This document shows, piece after piece, positions 23,011-36,844 of a stretch of DNA of 64,000 nucleotides. The first letter of the stretch is position 1; every line of letters starts with the position of its first letter. Source of the DNA: Tubulanus polymorphus (lineage: Eukaryota > Animalia > Nemertea); assembly GCF_964204645.1 (NCBI RefSeq), contig NC_134032.1, forward strand, positions 8,172,275 through 8,236,274, in the 5' to 3' direction. The position numbers were made by a program, and so were the translations under genes. The notes under the pieces are model-generated. The model saw only the letters and a program-made list of their open reading frames with translations, did no database searches and had not been told where the DNA came from.

Positions 23011-23299
23011 TTTAATACTATATTTTTTATTAAAATTGATTTTAGAAGTTCAATGATTTAAATGTTATTCATATATATATGAATATTTTAAGAGTAATAG
23101 GGGTAATGGGCTTTCATATCAAAGGTCGAAAGGTTGAGGTTGATAAATTTTCCAAATGTTAAAATAATAATAATTTCTACTTGAATTAGGAGTGTACGCG
23201 ACTAATTCAAGTAGAAATTGTTGTTATTTTAACATTTTGGAAAATTTCTCGGGCTCGACCTTTCGACCTTTGGTATGAAAGCCCATTACCCCTATTACT
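22901..23299 (-). repeat. Right TIR of the Polinton
   Basis: Inverted copy of 5589-5988; includes the pPolB upstream region and its first ~37 codons. Confidence 0.95.
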
Positions 23300-24843
23300 A
23301 ATGATAACAGCAATGAACGATTTTACGAAGATCATTTCTCATTTCGACCCAGTCAAAACATTAAGAAGAAACCATTTATGCGATAAGCGACGTGCAGCAA
23401 AGTAATAGATCTTTCGATATTTTGACGAGTGGCATATCTGACTTCTGGAAGATCGAAAGGGGCGCATGGTGACAAAATTGAAAAGGTCACAGCTGAAGTC
23501 ACATTTCACCTTCGACGCTTTCGAGCCTCCACTTGTCAGATCGTTCTGATATGCCCTGTCTGTTATGCTCTAAGATGCTGATCCGAACGAATAAGTAACG
23601 AGAAATGACTTGCATTGACGTTGTGGCACTTGGCTAATATCTTTTGGTCAGAATTTACGCAAGGCAGGAGATGCCCTTTTGAAATCTGTGACAGCGGCCC
23701 TGGCTTGACCCAGCGTGGAAACGCCATGGAACGAGGTACATCGGGCCACCCCATAAGAGAGATCACGCCCCGGGCGAGTGCTCTCTATGCTTCGGCGTTC
23801 AATCTCATGTATATCAAGATCCTGCAACAAACCCTTAGTACCATATATCAGTAATTCATACCGGTTGTAAATGTCCGAGTTTCTCAGACAAAGAGAAAGG
23901 TAGAAAAGATCACAGTGCGGACTAATGTTAGCTGGGCCTGCAGGGAGATGTTTCTGTCCCTCCAAAGATTTTAGAATATCATTCAGAGCAGCAGTTGCTT
24001 GAGCTGTTCTTGCAAGCACTCTCCAGTTTTTATCCCTGCTTTTGCTCACTGATTATCGTTCCAAGGTATTTGACAGATGAGACACAATTTCAGTGACCAT
24101 CAAACTCTGAATAATGTCACAATCTGAATAACGTCAAAATAGGGGCGGCACCCAGTCCGTGAGTGGGTTATATATAACACCTGTTGAAGACATTTCAGAA
24201 TAGATACAACCTACTGGCGCATCCAACGTGCAGATCTTCGGTCGGTTGGATTGATCTGATTCTAGCTATGATGTTTATGAACCGGTCCTTGGGTATGTGA
24301 TTCTTAATCATGGCTTCAACTCCAGCAGGTCAGAAACAGCAGAAACACTCCGCTTAAGGCGTATCCGATGAGGGGAGTAGATAGGCTGTGTGTTTAATGC
24401 TCTGATAGATATTTTCCAACCAGAAGATGTTTTACTATATGTATTGGCACCCTTTACGATAAATTATTGTAAGCCTACATCGCATATTCATGATCGATTC
24501 AATGACATTGTTAATCTAAATAATGATAAACTTTCACAAAAGCTTCGTTGTGTTAGATTTCAGGGAATTGATTTTCTATCCGCTGTTAACAATAAATCTA
24601 ACAAATGAATTGTAGCTTTCGTAAAGACTTTAATGATACATATCAAAGTTAAATTGATATTCCAATACGCGAGAGGACACGGTCAGTTTCGGTATTTTAT
24701 CAGAAAGTCAGTGCGCACTCTCAGACAGTCAGTAGCACACTCTCAGACCTTGGAGTTATCATTGAAGTATTACCCCAAGCTCAGACAGTCACTACACTGT
24801 CGGGCAGGCTATAGCCAACGGACTCACTTGATCTGTATGAATC

Positions 24844-25794
24844 ATGAATTCTACTCAGATGCAAATCGGCAGAACTTATAACAGTTTCATCGTTCTCATG
24901 TCTGTCGTGAACAGGTCTGGAATCTACCGTGCTGCATCGCTAATCATTCTTCCTATCGTATTTCTGTTTGGAGTGTTTGGAAATTCACTAACTTTCCTGA
25001 TAATGATAAGTCGCAAATTCCGCGGTTTATCTTACGCTAACTATCTTATCGTTTTATCCCTCAGTGATTCCATATACTGTATCAATTATACACTGATGCC
25101 TGTTTTACAGTTTGTTCTTTTGCATTTAAAAACGGGTCCAATATTCATGATGAATTCACTGATCAGTTGCCAAATCTATGAATTCATAATGAACCTTGTA
25201 GCCTCTACTAGTTCGTGGTTTATAGTAGCAATATCTCTAGAACGTGCGGCAGTTGTGCTCTTCCCGTTCACATCTCGTTTGATATGTACACCGAGATTCG
25301 CTAGATTTTCTACATTGATAATTACTTTAGTAAATGCACTTTTTCTGTATCTTCTTCCTACTTTGTCGATACATTTCCCCGATCAGTTTTTCGGATGTTA
25401 CTATAGATTATTTGACCAAATAACATTTTTCACCACATTTGTAATCCACGTTCATCTCCTACCGCTTACTTTGATTATTTCATCAAATTCCGTAATAATA
25501 TTCCAGTTATTCGGAGGTTCAAAAATGGTTTCTTCTGATCAGAAAACTACAAAATCAAAACGTACAACAATAATGCTCGTAACAGTTTCACTCGCATTTG
25601 CAATATTCACATTTCCGAACACTATCACTACATTTTTACCAATCTCGCCTGAACAGAGAGATTTTCTTTATGACATATTTGTTCAGTTCCTTGTTTGCAA
25701 CTACGTGGTAAATTTCTACATATATCTTTTACTGGGACGAGAAATTCGCGAATATTTCTGCATGAAAATCCGCTGTCGAAATTCAGACAAATAA
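24844..25794 (+). CDS. Intronless rhodopsin-class GPCR (peptide-receptor-like/chemoreceptor-like), 316 aa
   Basis: Seven hydrophobic segments; GN (TM1), LSLSD (TM2), SLER (TM3), FP (TM6), NFYIY (TM7). Confidence 0.88.
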   Translation: MNSTQMQIGRTYNSFIVLMSVVNRSGIYRAASLIILPIVFLFGVFGNSLTFLIMISRKFRGLSYANYLIVLSLSDSIYCINYTLMPVLQFVLLHLKTGPIFMMNSLISCQIYEFIMNLVASTSSWFIVAISLERAAVVLFPFTSRLICTPRFARFSTLIITLVNALFLYLLPTLSIHFPDQFFGCYYRLFDQITFFTTFVIHVHLLPLTLIISSNSVIIFQLFGGSKMVSSDQKTTKSKRTTIMLVTVSLAFAIFTFPNTITTFLPISPEQRDFLYDIFVQFLVCNYVVNFYIYLLLGREIREYFCMKIRCRNSDK

Positions 25795-27235
25795 TCATTT
25801 ATTTCAATTTTGATTCACTTCATACAACTTTTTTTCGAATCAATATTCATGTTCTTGTTTTCGCATAAAAGAGAATGATATCTTTGTTTCAAAACTGCCC
25901 TAGGCCACGCAAAAAACCCTTGTTTCTTATCAGCTCCCTTTGGGTAAATGACGAGAGCGCAGGTTTGTATTTATTCCTCACTTTAAAAAAAAAAAGAGAA
26001 ATAAAAAGCCTTACTCCATAAGTGACTCAATGATTTGATGGTGAGCCACAGAGCCATTGAACCTTTATTTAGGATCAGAGAGACGGAGATCACTGCGGCA
26101 ACAACCCCTTACGTGACTGGCGAATCTGTTGTACGCAGCGGTTGCCGAATCCAGGAAGAAAGACACTCTAAATATTTGGATGGTTATATAAAAGCTGTGG
26201 GTACTGGAGTGTGTAATGGGTAGTGTAGTGTGATCTGTGTGCATTTGTGGCCAGCACACAGATCACATTTTTCAACAACACGGAAGTAACGTGTAATAAA
26301 TGATGACTTGAATTGCATGACTACTTACCACCCCCCCCATTATTGTTGGAAAACTAAACGTTCGGCACTGGTTGGTATAATTTTTTTTTAACGGCCGTTA
26401 AGGCTTCATGTTTCGTCTGCAATTCACTGCAAAGTTTTTACGCAACTACGCACATTTCAGTGTTTTTGGCAGCGTTCGTGACTAGCTTCACTGCGGAATT
26501 ATCATTAATTAACATCGCCATATCACATCATCAACTTATATTGTGCCTTAAAACCCTAACAGCCGAAATAATTGAAATGCACACACGATTTCTATCATTG
26601 AAAATTGAGAGAGTGGCCATGTTTGTGTTTGCTGCTTCGCGTAAATCCCGCGCGGAGTGGGGCCGATACGTCCAGGTAATAATGCCAGAGGAAAAATCAT
26701 GCCATAGGTAAAAAGGCCAGAGGTAGAAATGCATTATGATGATTATGCAAACGTGAGAATTTATGAATATTCTTATTTACACTATGTTTTACATATTGAG
26801 ACCATAGTTTAACGTTGAAAGCACAGATATAACAAATTTCTAGATAATTGAAATAGAAAAGTAAATTAGTAAATAAGTAATTTATTTAGAAAAAGTCACA
26901 AATAGGCATTCAAAACACTGAGAATATATCAGTATTGGACATGATAAATTATGATGGCAAATGTTTAATAAATGACCTGCTAAGCTTCCCCCAATCATCC
27001 CATTAAATTTATATCAACACCTCATCCTGGCCACGGCTCAGCAGGATGCCATAATTTTCACTAAAATCATCGCACAAATGTTGTCAAATTGCACCATTTT
27101 CCCGAGGATTTTTAAAAAATTTCTAAATGTCGTTCGGACTTCGCCGCTGGGCGACTCGCTAATCGCAGTCTCTTCATTACGTTTTGTCAGCCACCCATTT
27201 TTGCAAAATCCTTGATCCGCCACTGTGGTTAGGCA

Positions 27236-27366
27236 TAACAGGACGCAGGAAAACCCTGTTAGCTAACCATTGTCTTCGTGTGGCCTCATATTTCAAGCTG
27301 GTTAGCCTAACCACGAATAAACCACTTACCACGGTTAGGCTAACAGGGTTTTCCTGCGCCCGTCCC
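27236..27366. mobile_element. Small palindromic MITE-like element
   Basis: Arms GCAGGAAAACCCTGTTAGC and GCTAACAGGGTTTTCCTGC; ends approximate. Confidence 0.5.
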
Positions 27367-29084
27367 AGGCTTTGTTTGATAGGAAATAATGGGGTACCAA
27401 GGCGAACAACTGAGCCTGCAAAGTTTCGGAACATATCCCTTGCGGAGGAAAATGTGATACAAATGTATGTTAATGCCGCCGGACAGACGACGAGGCTCAT
27501 CCCCTCGAAATAGTGTCCCCTGGGAAAATATGGGCATGAATTCAGGTCGAATTAATTCGTTTCAAATCCAGGGAGTGTGATGGCAGCGATTTTCAAAAGT
27601 GATTGAAACGTTTTTTCCACGTGGTTCTTCGGACGATAGCCTGACACAAACACGTACCTTACTAACGAAACACTAAACTTAATATTTAGTACCATCTACT
27701 ACAATGATTTATTAACTAATAAATGTAATAATATAATAATATTATTATTATTATTATCATTATATATAATAATAATACATGATAACAAACTATTTACAAA
27801 ATATGTTCGATTTACCAATTCGTCCATCAGGTGGTGCCCTCTGGTGGTGACATGAAGAAACAATATCAGCGGACGAATATCTACTTCCAATTTTCATGCA
27901 CTGTGATTGGTAGAATCCCGATCTGCGCTATGATTGGTGGAAAACCCCAGTCAGTTTACAGATTGGGCAAATCTCACATCACAAGACCTGTGATTGGTGG
28001 ATTTTTATCTATCAGAGTGCGTACAGGAATAAAATCATGCAATTATCAAAATTAAAAAAAAACATTTCCAATTTTGAAAAAAGTAAGACTAAAGAGGATC
28101 AAAGTCATCTAGACAAAAAGCCCAAGGCCAGTAGCTCAATAGCTCAAAAGTTGGTCAAAGATAACCGGCGCGGATAAATAGCATAGGCCTAATAACAATG
28201 AAGTTTTTAATTGACACTGATTCGCCTATCCGCTGGTTTAAACTCTAGCCAATTTTTGAGCAACTGGCCCCAGGTCTAACATGACTTGTTGCGTGGTCAG
28301 GTGTGGATCCTTGAAATTCAGTACGAGTTGGGCCAGCAGGGCTCCGAGTATTGAGTTAGATCGAGGAACTCTACAGTCCAAATAAGTTCACATTTTCGAT
28401 AATTTCTACTCTATGGGAGCATGAAATAAAGTGTGTACATGCCCATAGGTAGGGGTTGGTAATTTTAATCCCTCTGTACATATAAGTTAAATGCTCAAAA
28501 ATGCGTTCATGACTGGTTGAAAATCCTCAAAACATTGCATGAACAGCCCTTAAAGACAAATCTAACTCGCATGTGAGACATCTAGTTCTACAGGTATTAG
28601 TAAATTATGTCGTTCAAGGTTTGTTTTATTTTTAAATGCTGTTACTAAAAGTGTAAAGGGCCATTGACAACGAAATTGGGCACTTATACCCATGGCAATA
28701 TGCCAACACAATACCAACTGGATCCAATTGCACAGTTCTCAAAACCAGTCCAATTTCAATGTTTCAAACCTAGTCAAATTCAAGCCGATTACATTGGAAA
28801 ACCGAGTCCTGGCTGTCACAGTTCTTAATCGCTGAAATTTAACTCACAACTGTAGAAGTGGGGCCTGATCTACTGAAGGACATACGGCCCCGAGGCCGGG
28901 ATCTTGTCTAGAAAATCCTGATTCTATAATGCAATTACAATATTTCAACATCATTACTACTTAAATTCGGAAACCAGTTCATACAATGTATATGCATATG
29001 TACAATGTAGCAGATAGATGGTTACACCTCTTTGTGTAGTGATGTTTGATATGTTTATCTAGTGTTGACACTCCACGCGAAATG

Positions 29085-29411
29085 CATCCTCGCTTGCCAG
29101 GGTTTGATTGCCGCCTGCTGGAGCTCACGCCAATGCAAACCCTGGCTGCGAACCCTTCTTAGTCTATTACATCGCCCACAATTTCTTTGGCGGACGGATT
29201 CGGCCCGCTCACCGCCCGCCAGTCCATATATCTAGCCAATCTAATGCCTTTTTACCGGCACAAAGTTTTCTCTATAAATACCACACATCTGATTGGCTAG
29301 TTATATAGACTGGTGGGCGATATACGTAATAGACCAATGAACAGTTTGCGGTCAGAGTTTGTGTTGGCGCGAGCTTCAGCGGCGGCAGTCACAACCAAAC
29401 AAGCGAGGATG
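29085..29411. mobile_element. MITE with CATCCTC termini and imperfect 9-bp TSD (Mutator-like)
   Basis: CATCCTCGCTTG...CAAGCGAGGATG; flanks CGCGAAATG and CGCGCAATA. Confidence 0.7.
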
Positions 29412-29559
29412 CGCGCAATAACTAATGATTTAAATTCCGACACCAGATTTACAAAATCTAAAATATACCACCGGTTACCGGTTCATGGAAGAAATTAACT
29501 ACGCTGTGCTTAATAACAACAATAACAGTAGACTCCGCTTTATTCGGTCACCAAATGCC

Positions 29560-30010
29560 GAGTTAAAGAACTTGGTAGCCAGCTACTGAGTTCTCGAACT
29601 CAGTAGCCAGATTCCGTGTACATGTATAGGGAACTTGACAGCGCGACACTAAGTTAGGGGCTCAGTAGCCAGTAACTGGAAATGTTTAGCCAGATGCATG
29701 CAGCGTAAGGGAACTCAGTAGCCAGATACTGAATTAGGCAAATTGGTTTCCAGATAGTAAAGGAACTCTAATGCTAGATATTGAGTCGATGAACTGTAGA
29801 CAGATACTCTGTATAGGGAACTTGGCAGCCCGACACTACGTATATTAGGGGGCTAGGTAGCCAGATACTGAGTTAGGCGAATTTTCAGCCAGATACTGAG
29901 TTAGGCGAATTGGTACCCAGATACTGAGTCAAGGGAATTCAATAGCCAGATACACAGTTAGGGTAGCTACATACACAACGACGGAACACAAAGTAGCCAG
30001 ATACTACATG
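29560..30010. repeat. Degenerate ~30-bp tandem repeat (GTAGCCAGATACTGAGTTAGG core)
   Basis: Recurrent motif; ends approximate. Confidence 0.65.
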
Positions 30011-31596
30011 TACAATGATTCAGTTGTAGATTACAATAGCTGTGATAAAACGATAAGAGTAAAATCCCATTCATTTATTTTGGGATTTTACTCATACTAC
30101 ATGTATAAACATTTCACAGTTGCTAATCGGGGAAATTGATGGCGTGATAATAACGTCTCAACGTAACATTCACCCGGGACTCTGTGAGCCGTTTCCGAGA
30201 TGACCTGAGTAAGGTAGAGTCTACCGTTGATAAAATTTTCCACTGTTTACGCCGCAACTCCACCCAATATTTTCAACCACCAAGAAAAAGAAAACATTTC
30301 TTGATTTTCGTAATAAAGGTTTCACAGACAACTTATTAAAGCACACGCACATATAATCAACCGGCACAACATTTATTCACAGCCAATTATCTAAAAGAAG
30401 TAAAAAAAAAAGAAGAAAAACCTGGTTAAGTTTGACCCCCGGAACCAGAAACAAGCATTATGGTTGTGGATATTAAACATCGACAGGGCTCGGATTTAAT
30501 AGACTGGGTATAGAAGTTATCTCTAGGGACAAATGCTAAACCTAGACTCGGTATTATAGTCACAAGATATCGTAGTTATACCTAAGGATAAATCTTAAAC
30601 CTGGGCCACATTCTATAGATTGGAAATGAAAGTTAACGAGAGGGATGGACCCTAACTGGGACCTGGTTTAATAAGACAGGGTATCGAAGTTATCGCAAGG
30701 GATAAATCCTCAACCTGGGCCCAGTTTACAGACTAAACCGCCTCAAGGGTTTTAAAGTATATATAACTCAGCTCTGTAAAAGTGATAACCAAAATAAAAC
30801 AGTAGACTTTCGATAAAATAAAATGAAGTCGAGGATAAAATCCAACACAACTGTGAAACTACAAGTTCATGTCAATCGAACCTTTTCGGACAAATTCGAA
30901 CCCTTCTCTTTTCGACGGAAGTTTGAGTCGATTTTAGCACTATCATTTTCAGGGTATACGTAAATGTATGTACAAAGTGAATGAGAAAGAAAGAAAATAA
31001 AAATAAATGCCACATTTCAGAAAATAATAAACCGTTTCAGCACATTTAGGGCTAAATATTTATATATGTATATAGATATATCGATCATTCTTCCCGTTAA
31101 AATTACTCTGATTTTTACACTGAACAAAAAAAAAAAATATTCATATTTTGGAAGCACGCCGAAACTCTGTTGGAAGTCCCCACACCTCAAAATTATTGAG
31201 AATTGACGGTTAACCCTTTACCTTTGACACCCTTCCCTTAAAAAGACAATTTCAACAACACCTCGCAAATAGGCACCAAAAAAAAAACAACACCCTAAAC
31301 ATGAAGACAAGAATACGCAAAGCAGGGGGTCTTTTCACAGAACGACTAATACAGGTATCAATCCGCAGCCCGAGATGAACCCTTTAGACATTCATCATTT
31401 CAGTGTAAAGTCCGGCTATCGAAAGGGTCCTGATAGAATATCCAATGTTCGTACTTCATTTCCGATTGAAAATTTCTCGCGCGAATAGTTTTGAATCAAC
31501 AAGCGAAGTGTCGACTAGCTAATTTTTTAAGAAAGCGCGCCGATAAACTGTCTAATGGCCGGAGTTTGTTGTCAATTCTCACTTCAATTCGAAATA

Positions 31597-32123
31597 CGGT
31601 CAACCTCGCTTATATTCGTCGTCGGTTAATTTCTAATTTAACTACCTAATTCGTATAAAAATGAAAGGTTCCTTGTTTTTTCCTTTGTTATTCCCTTTAG
31701 TTTCCATCGGATAATTCGTAATTCGTAAATCATAGCTATATCTACGGTCCCTTTTCTTAAAAAGAATTGAAAATGGGACGCATAATTTGTATTCCATTGT
31801 TCCGCCTGCTGGCAGTGATTGGCAAGCTTATCGATTACTTGTCAGTCATTGCTACTGAGCGTGCCATAGCCTCGCGACGTATTTTCACGCCACTTAAGTC
31901 TAACAATAAATGGTTGTGGCACGCGGCGTTTGTTCCAATGCCAGTGGAAACAATTTTTAGCACGTTTTTTTTCTTATTCGTAGTTTATACAAATTAATAG
32001 ATAAATCGATTATTTCGCGAATTATACATGATTCACAGAAAGTACCAATTAGGTATAATCCGTATTTCTAATTCATAGAAAAAACCACGGTTCCAAGAGA
32101 TACGAATCAAGCGAGGTTGACCA
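31597..32123. mobile_element. Non-autonomous DNA transposon (Tc1/mariner-like MITE)
   Basis: TA|CGGTCAACCTCGCTT...AAGCGAGGTTGACC inverted ends. Confidence 0.55.
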
Positions 32124-32667
32124 CATCTCGGGTGAAGTGCTGAACACACGCGAAACGTCGACGATCACAAATCGTACGAATGATAATATAGCGTTCAAAT
32201 TGCGAAGAGGTGCGGAGTCTAGATTGCAGATTGATACGACGATAACAATAAGACGACGACGTAGAAACTTATACGAAATATTATCGAGTCATTCCATGAA
32301 ACGAGCACCTGGCTTTAATAAACCAACACGTTACAGATCTACGAAAGAATTTCACGTCGACAAGAGAAGCCGGTGAAACGGTGCACATCAATTTGTTTGT
32401 TTGTGGCTAATCGTATTTGTTTTATCGAAGGCTTTTTATTGTTCAGTTTCGCAAACGATGGTGACATGTAACACCAGACCAGTGTTCCGACTGACCGTTG
32501 GCCAAAATGGTTTCAGGGCCTGAGTGACCTCAGCCGGGCCAAGGTCCAGTTTTTCAAAGATATTTCTGTCCCAAATTGATTTGATAGAAGTTCAACTAAT
32601 GAATGAAATCAAATCGATTAAGTTTGAAAGTTTCTCATGGACCTCAGCTGGGCCAGGATGATCCTCA

Positions 32668-32807
32668 GGGGCCGGTTGCACAGTCATGGCTTAGACTTAA
32701 GACCAGTCTAAGACCAACTTAGTTCTATAGCCAATCTAACAATTTAAGACCAGTCTTAAGATTTAAGACCACTTTTTGACTTAAATCATGACTGTGCAAC
32801 TGGCCCC
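32668..32807. mobile_element. MITE with GGGGCC termini (PIF/Harbinger-like); related copy at ~60150-60280
   Basis: GGGGCCGGTTGCACAGTCATG...CATGACTGTGCAACTGGCCCC. Confidence 0.7.
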
Positions 32808-32824
32808 TGGTGCCTTACCAGCAA

Positions 32825-33230
32825 GGATAATCCCCTGGAACCTCAGCCCGGCCAGGACAATCCCCTAGTACCTCAGCCAAGCCGGGATAATCCCCTAGAA
32901 CTTCAGCCAGGCTAGGATAATCTCATGGAACCTCAGCCCGGCCAGGACAATCCCCTAGTACCTCAGCCAAGCCGGGATAATCCCCTGGAACTTCAGCCAG
33001 GCTAGGATAATCTCATGGAACCTCAGCCCGGCCAGGACAATCCCCTAGTACCTCAGCCAAGCCGGGATAATCCCCTGGAACTTCAGCCAGGCTAGGATAA
33101 TCCCCTAGAACCTCAGCCCGGCCAGGACAATCCCCTAGTACCTCAGCCAAGCCGGGATAATGTCCTGGCACCACAGCCAAGCCAGGATAATCTACTGGTA
33201 CCTCCGCCAGGCCATGATAATCCCCTGGTC
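32825..33230. repeat. 30-bp minisatellite with 90-bp higher-order repeat
   Basis: About 13 units of GGATAATCCCCTGGAACCTCAGCCCGGCCA cycling through three variants. Confidence 0.9.
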
Positions 33231-36200
33231 CATCGATCAGACCAGGAAAATCACTTGGTCTGATTTTATTGTTCATATACATGGAAATCCAAATTTGTTC
33301 ATGATATTGTAGGCCTACAAATTCAACAATAAATCGATTTGTTAATTCGCTCGTTATTTCATATCAAACATAAAACTATTTGAAATTATGAGTGGGGGGT
33401 TTTAGGTTTTTGGTTAAGACATTTTGGAACGAAATTTTAAATAAAAACAATGCTCAAATTCTATTTTTAAAGACCACTTCGGTGATGCATAAAAATCAAA
33501 ATACGTATCTATTCAGTGTCGGGCAAGTTCCACAGTTTTGTTACATTCTGACACTCTAGGATTGACTTATTCAAAATGAATGTACATCGGTATTTGAAAT
33601 TTACAATTTTAAATCAAAATTACTTGATTTTCACACAAATTTTCAGTAAAAATTAGTACATTTTCAACTACTTTTAACTCAGCATTCATAATTAGTTCAT
33701 TTTTAAATACCGGTATATTAACAACGTAACTCTAGTCCAAATCTGAAAAGTTCATCACCTCAAAACACCGTGGAACTGGGTCCGAGCCAAATGAGCTACG
33801 CAACGCATTCATCATCATTAAAAAAAGGCTGCCCGAAAAAAATGCTCAAGTCTTTCATCTTTTCTTTTTAACCTTAACGTCGAGATAAGCTGCCTTTAAA
33901 ATCAACTTTCGTCTCTCTCAATAATACAACGAATAAAACTCGACTTCAAGAGAGAGATAGCTAGAGAGAGAGTCTGTTATATGAAAGCGCTGAATAAAAA
34001 ATAACAGCGAAATATTTTCTTCGATAATCATGTTCTAGGTTAGGTATCGTTTTCTTTCGTTCTTCTCGGATCTAATTCAGTAAGGAGAAAATGCATAAAC
34101 ATAGAGACGGAGATTTTTCAAAACGGGTCATATTTTTCGTATCCTCTTTAAACGACGACGGTCTAGCAACAGCGGGATGCCGCGAAGAACTGCCTCTCTA
34201 TTTTCGTAGGAACGAAGCGCATTTAATCTACGATATAAATTCGAAATATTCAAGATCTTGCAAGACAACAAACATAAATGAACGTATCAACGTGTAAATT
34301 ACACCCAAGCATGAATTACGCGTACAAGTCAACAGCGTACACGTCATTTTCAGGTCAGAGCGCATGATCATATTACATGCTATATCGACCATGTTCAAGT
34401 CATATTAGGCGACAAAAACATTGATACCTTGTTTCTCATTATCGGCCGGGTCATTTCGTGAATTGCGATGAAATTAGTAATCGGTTTATTTCAATAGCTG
34501 CCGGGTCTGTTATGGTAAGCTTGACTGCGAAAAGTAATGCACAGGATATACCTATATAGACAAGCGGCCGGGTCAACTTTTAAGCTCAGCAGAAATGAGA
34601 AACGAGTTATCAATTTTTGTAGCGTTACATGTAGCGTTACAAGATTGCATGTATACGTTATATCGAACACGCAAATGCGCAAAAATGTGTGAAAATATAC
34701 CGTAAAACCCGGCAAATCAGGATCATTCGAGACCGATACATTTTTCGTTTTCCAGTGAAATTTCAGGGCAGTTTCGGGATTTTTTGGGGAGGTGGGGGTG
34801 GTGCACACGCCCTGCACCCTCTCTTAGGGTATGCCCCTGGTTAATACGAATGAATTACAGATAGAACAGATCCGAATTGAGCTGGTTTGACCGATATTAC
34901 AGTTCCAGTACATGAAGATGCGCAAACGTGTCCATCTTTTTTACTACGTACCTCAAGCACATGTCAATTACATGTATCGAAACATGTAGGTTACATGTGC
35001 AAGTGAGAAACAGCGCACCTTAAACGCAATTACTAATAATTTCACAGCCAATATTTGCTAAGGTTACGGTCACACCGAACCAGTTTTAATCTAATACACA
35101 CACATTTGTACTAAATACACTATACAGAATCCTGTATTAATACAAAGTTTCGTATTAAATCGGTATCATTAAAGTCCGTATGATGTACATTGTACTTGTA
35201 TGTTCTTGTATCCAAAACGAGTGATTCTTGTATTGACACTGGATCCTGTATAGCATTGTGATACATATCAATGCACAAATACATATTCTGATATCAATAC
35301 AGATTCATGCATTGATACATATTCTCGTACTGATACAGATTTCTGTGATTCCTAAATGTATCTACACATATTCTTGTATAAAGATTTCTGCAATAATACA
35401 GACTCATGTATTAAAACAGATTTCTGTTTCAATACCGATTCATATATTAATACAGATCGTATTAGTATAGATTTCTGTATTAATAAAGATTCCCGCAGAT
35501 TAATACAGCTTCATGTATTAATACAGCTTCTCATATTACCGGTAATACGAATTTCTGTATTTTTTGTATATTTCATACAAATTCTCGTATCGACGAAAGA
35601 TTTCCGTATAAATACAAATTGATACATCGAGACGAAGCCCAATACAATTCTGTGTGCGTAACCATCACCTCACCCATACACAAAGAATACACAAATAACA
35701 TATTATCATTTCGTTTCATTTATACAGAATTTACAACGCCGATGACGACACATTTGATATGATGAATTCAGTGTGAATGTTTTTAACTGAAAGCAGCCGA
35801 ACGTACGTGTGTCGGATATTATATATATATATATATATATAAATCACCACCGGAGTTCAACACAAATTCATCCATCCCCAGCCGCGCCCCGGTGGTAGCT
35901 GCCTTCTCACTTTTTTATTAAAGCTACACAGGTTCACTTTAGCTGCAACGTTTATTTAACCGATCTTTTTTTATTTCTAACCGGAGCCAATTTCATTGGA
36001 ACCATGGCGGTTCGAAATTACGTACCGCAATTTCCGTGCGAACCCCAGCTTTACACTTAACAACTTTTGTTTATATTATCAAAATGTCACAGAAACAACC
36101 AACGTGTATAAATATAACCCTCTTGGCAGACAGATTTGACCCTGCTGGGTAGACAGGCTGACCACTGGGCAGATCGAAGCGCTTAGCAGACGAACTGACT

Positions 36201-36844
36201 TGACCGCTGGGCACATTGAACTCCGGAAAGATACTTGACAACTACACAAGCTGTCCGCAGCGATGAAGACAGGATGACCGCTTGGCAGATAGACTGTCAG
36301 CTGGGCAAATCGACTGACCACTGGCCAGACCGGCTAACTGCTGGGCGCAAGACAGAAACGTGATTTAAATCAGTTAGTGTACATAGCACATACAGTAAAC
36401 ACTCAACAATTGATAAATTATAGTGATACATAAAACTTCAATCGAAAAAAACCTCGATTCATTCTTACAACTTATAGTAGAGGACATTAAAACATCTGAA
36501 TGCAACACGGCGAACGATTTTCAAGTTGCTTGCAATAAAAATCTAACGAATATTCCCCTGGTTTCCCGTCGAAACGCTTCAAAACGTCATCCCAAAAACT
36601 TGACATTTCGTTGACTTTTTAGTTCCGAAAATTATACGTAAGACTTATATTCTACTTTTGAGTCAACGACCACGAGTGTCTCCGTGGCCAGACATACTTT
36701 TCATTCTGAAAATCTGTCTTTGTAAACTCCCTCCCGAATCCGTCTGTGCTTAAAACCGATCAAGAATTTCAACTGGTAAACTCTCTCCAGAATCTGTCCT
36801 CTCCAACTAAGAATATCTGCTCCTCCCTCTTTTTCTCAGTGTAC

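Larger units (their letters stand above)
5589..23299. mobile_element. Polinton/Maverick (adintovirus-like endogenous dsDNA virus), full length 17.7 kb
   Basis: AG...CT termini, ~400-bp TIRs, 6-bp TSD AATAAT/AATGAT. Encodes pPolB, rve integrase, A32-like ATPase, MCP and penton. Visibly more AT-rich than the flanks. Confidence 0.96.

Noticed and set aside
23563-24170. Overlapping short ORFs right of the Polinton
   Set aside because: Outside the TIR and TSD, no recognisable motifs; probably a decayed repeat.
24844-25794. GPCR as Polinton cargo
   Set aside because: It lies 1.5 kb outside the right TIR and has host-like base composition.
33013-33282. 89-aa ORF with 10-aa periodicity
   Set aside because: It is a translation of the 30-bp minisatellite.
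35100-35622. Ile/Gln-rich short ORFs
   Set aside because: They derive from degenerate TAATACAGATT-type repeats downstream of the Argonaute stop codon.
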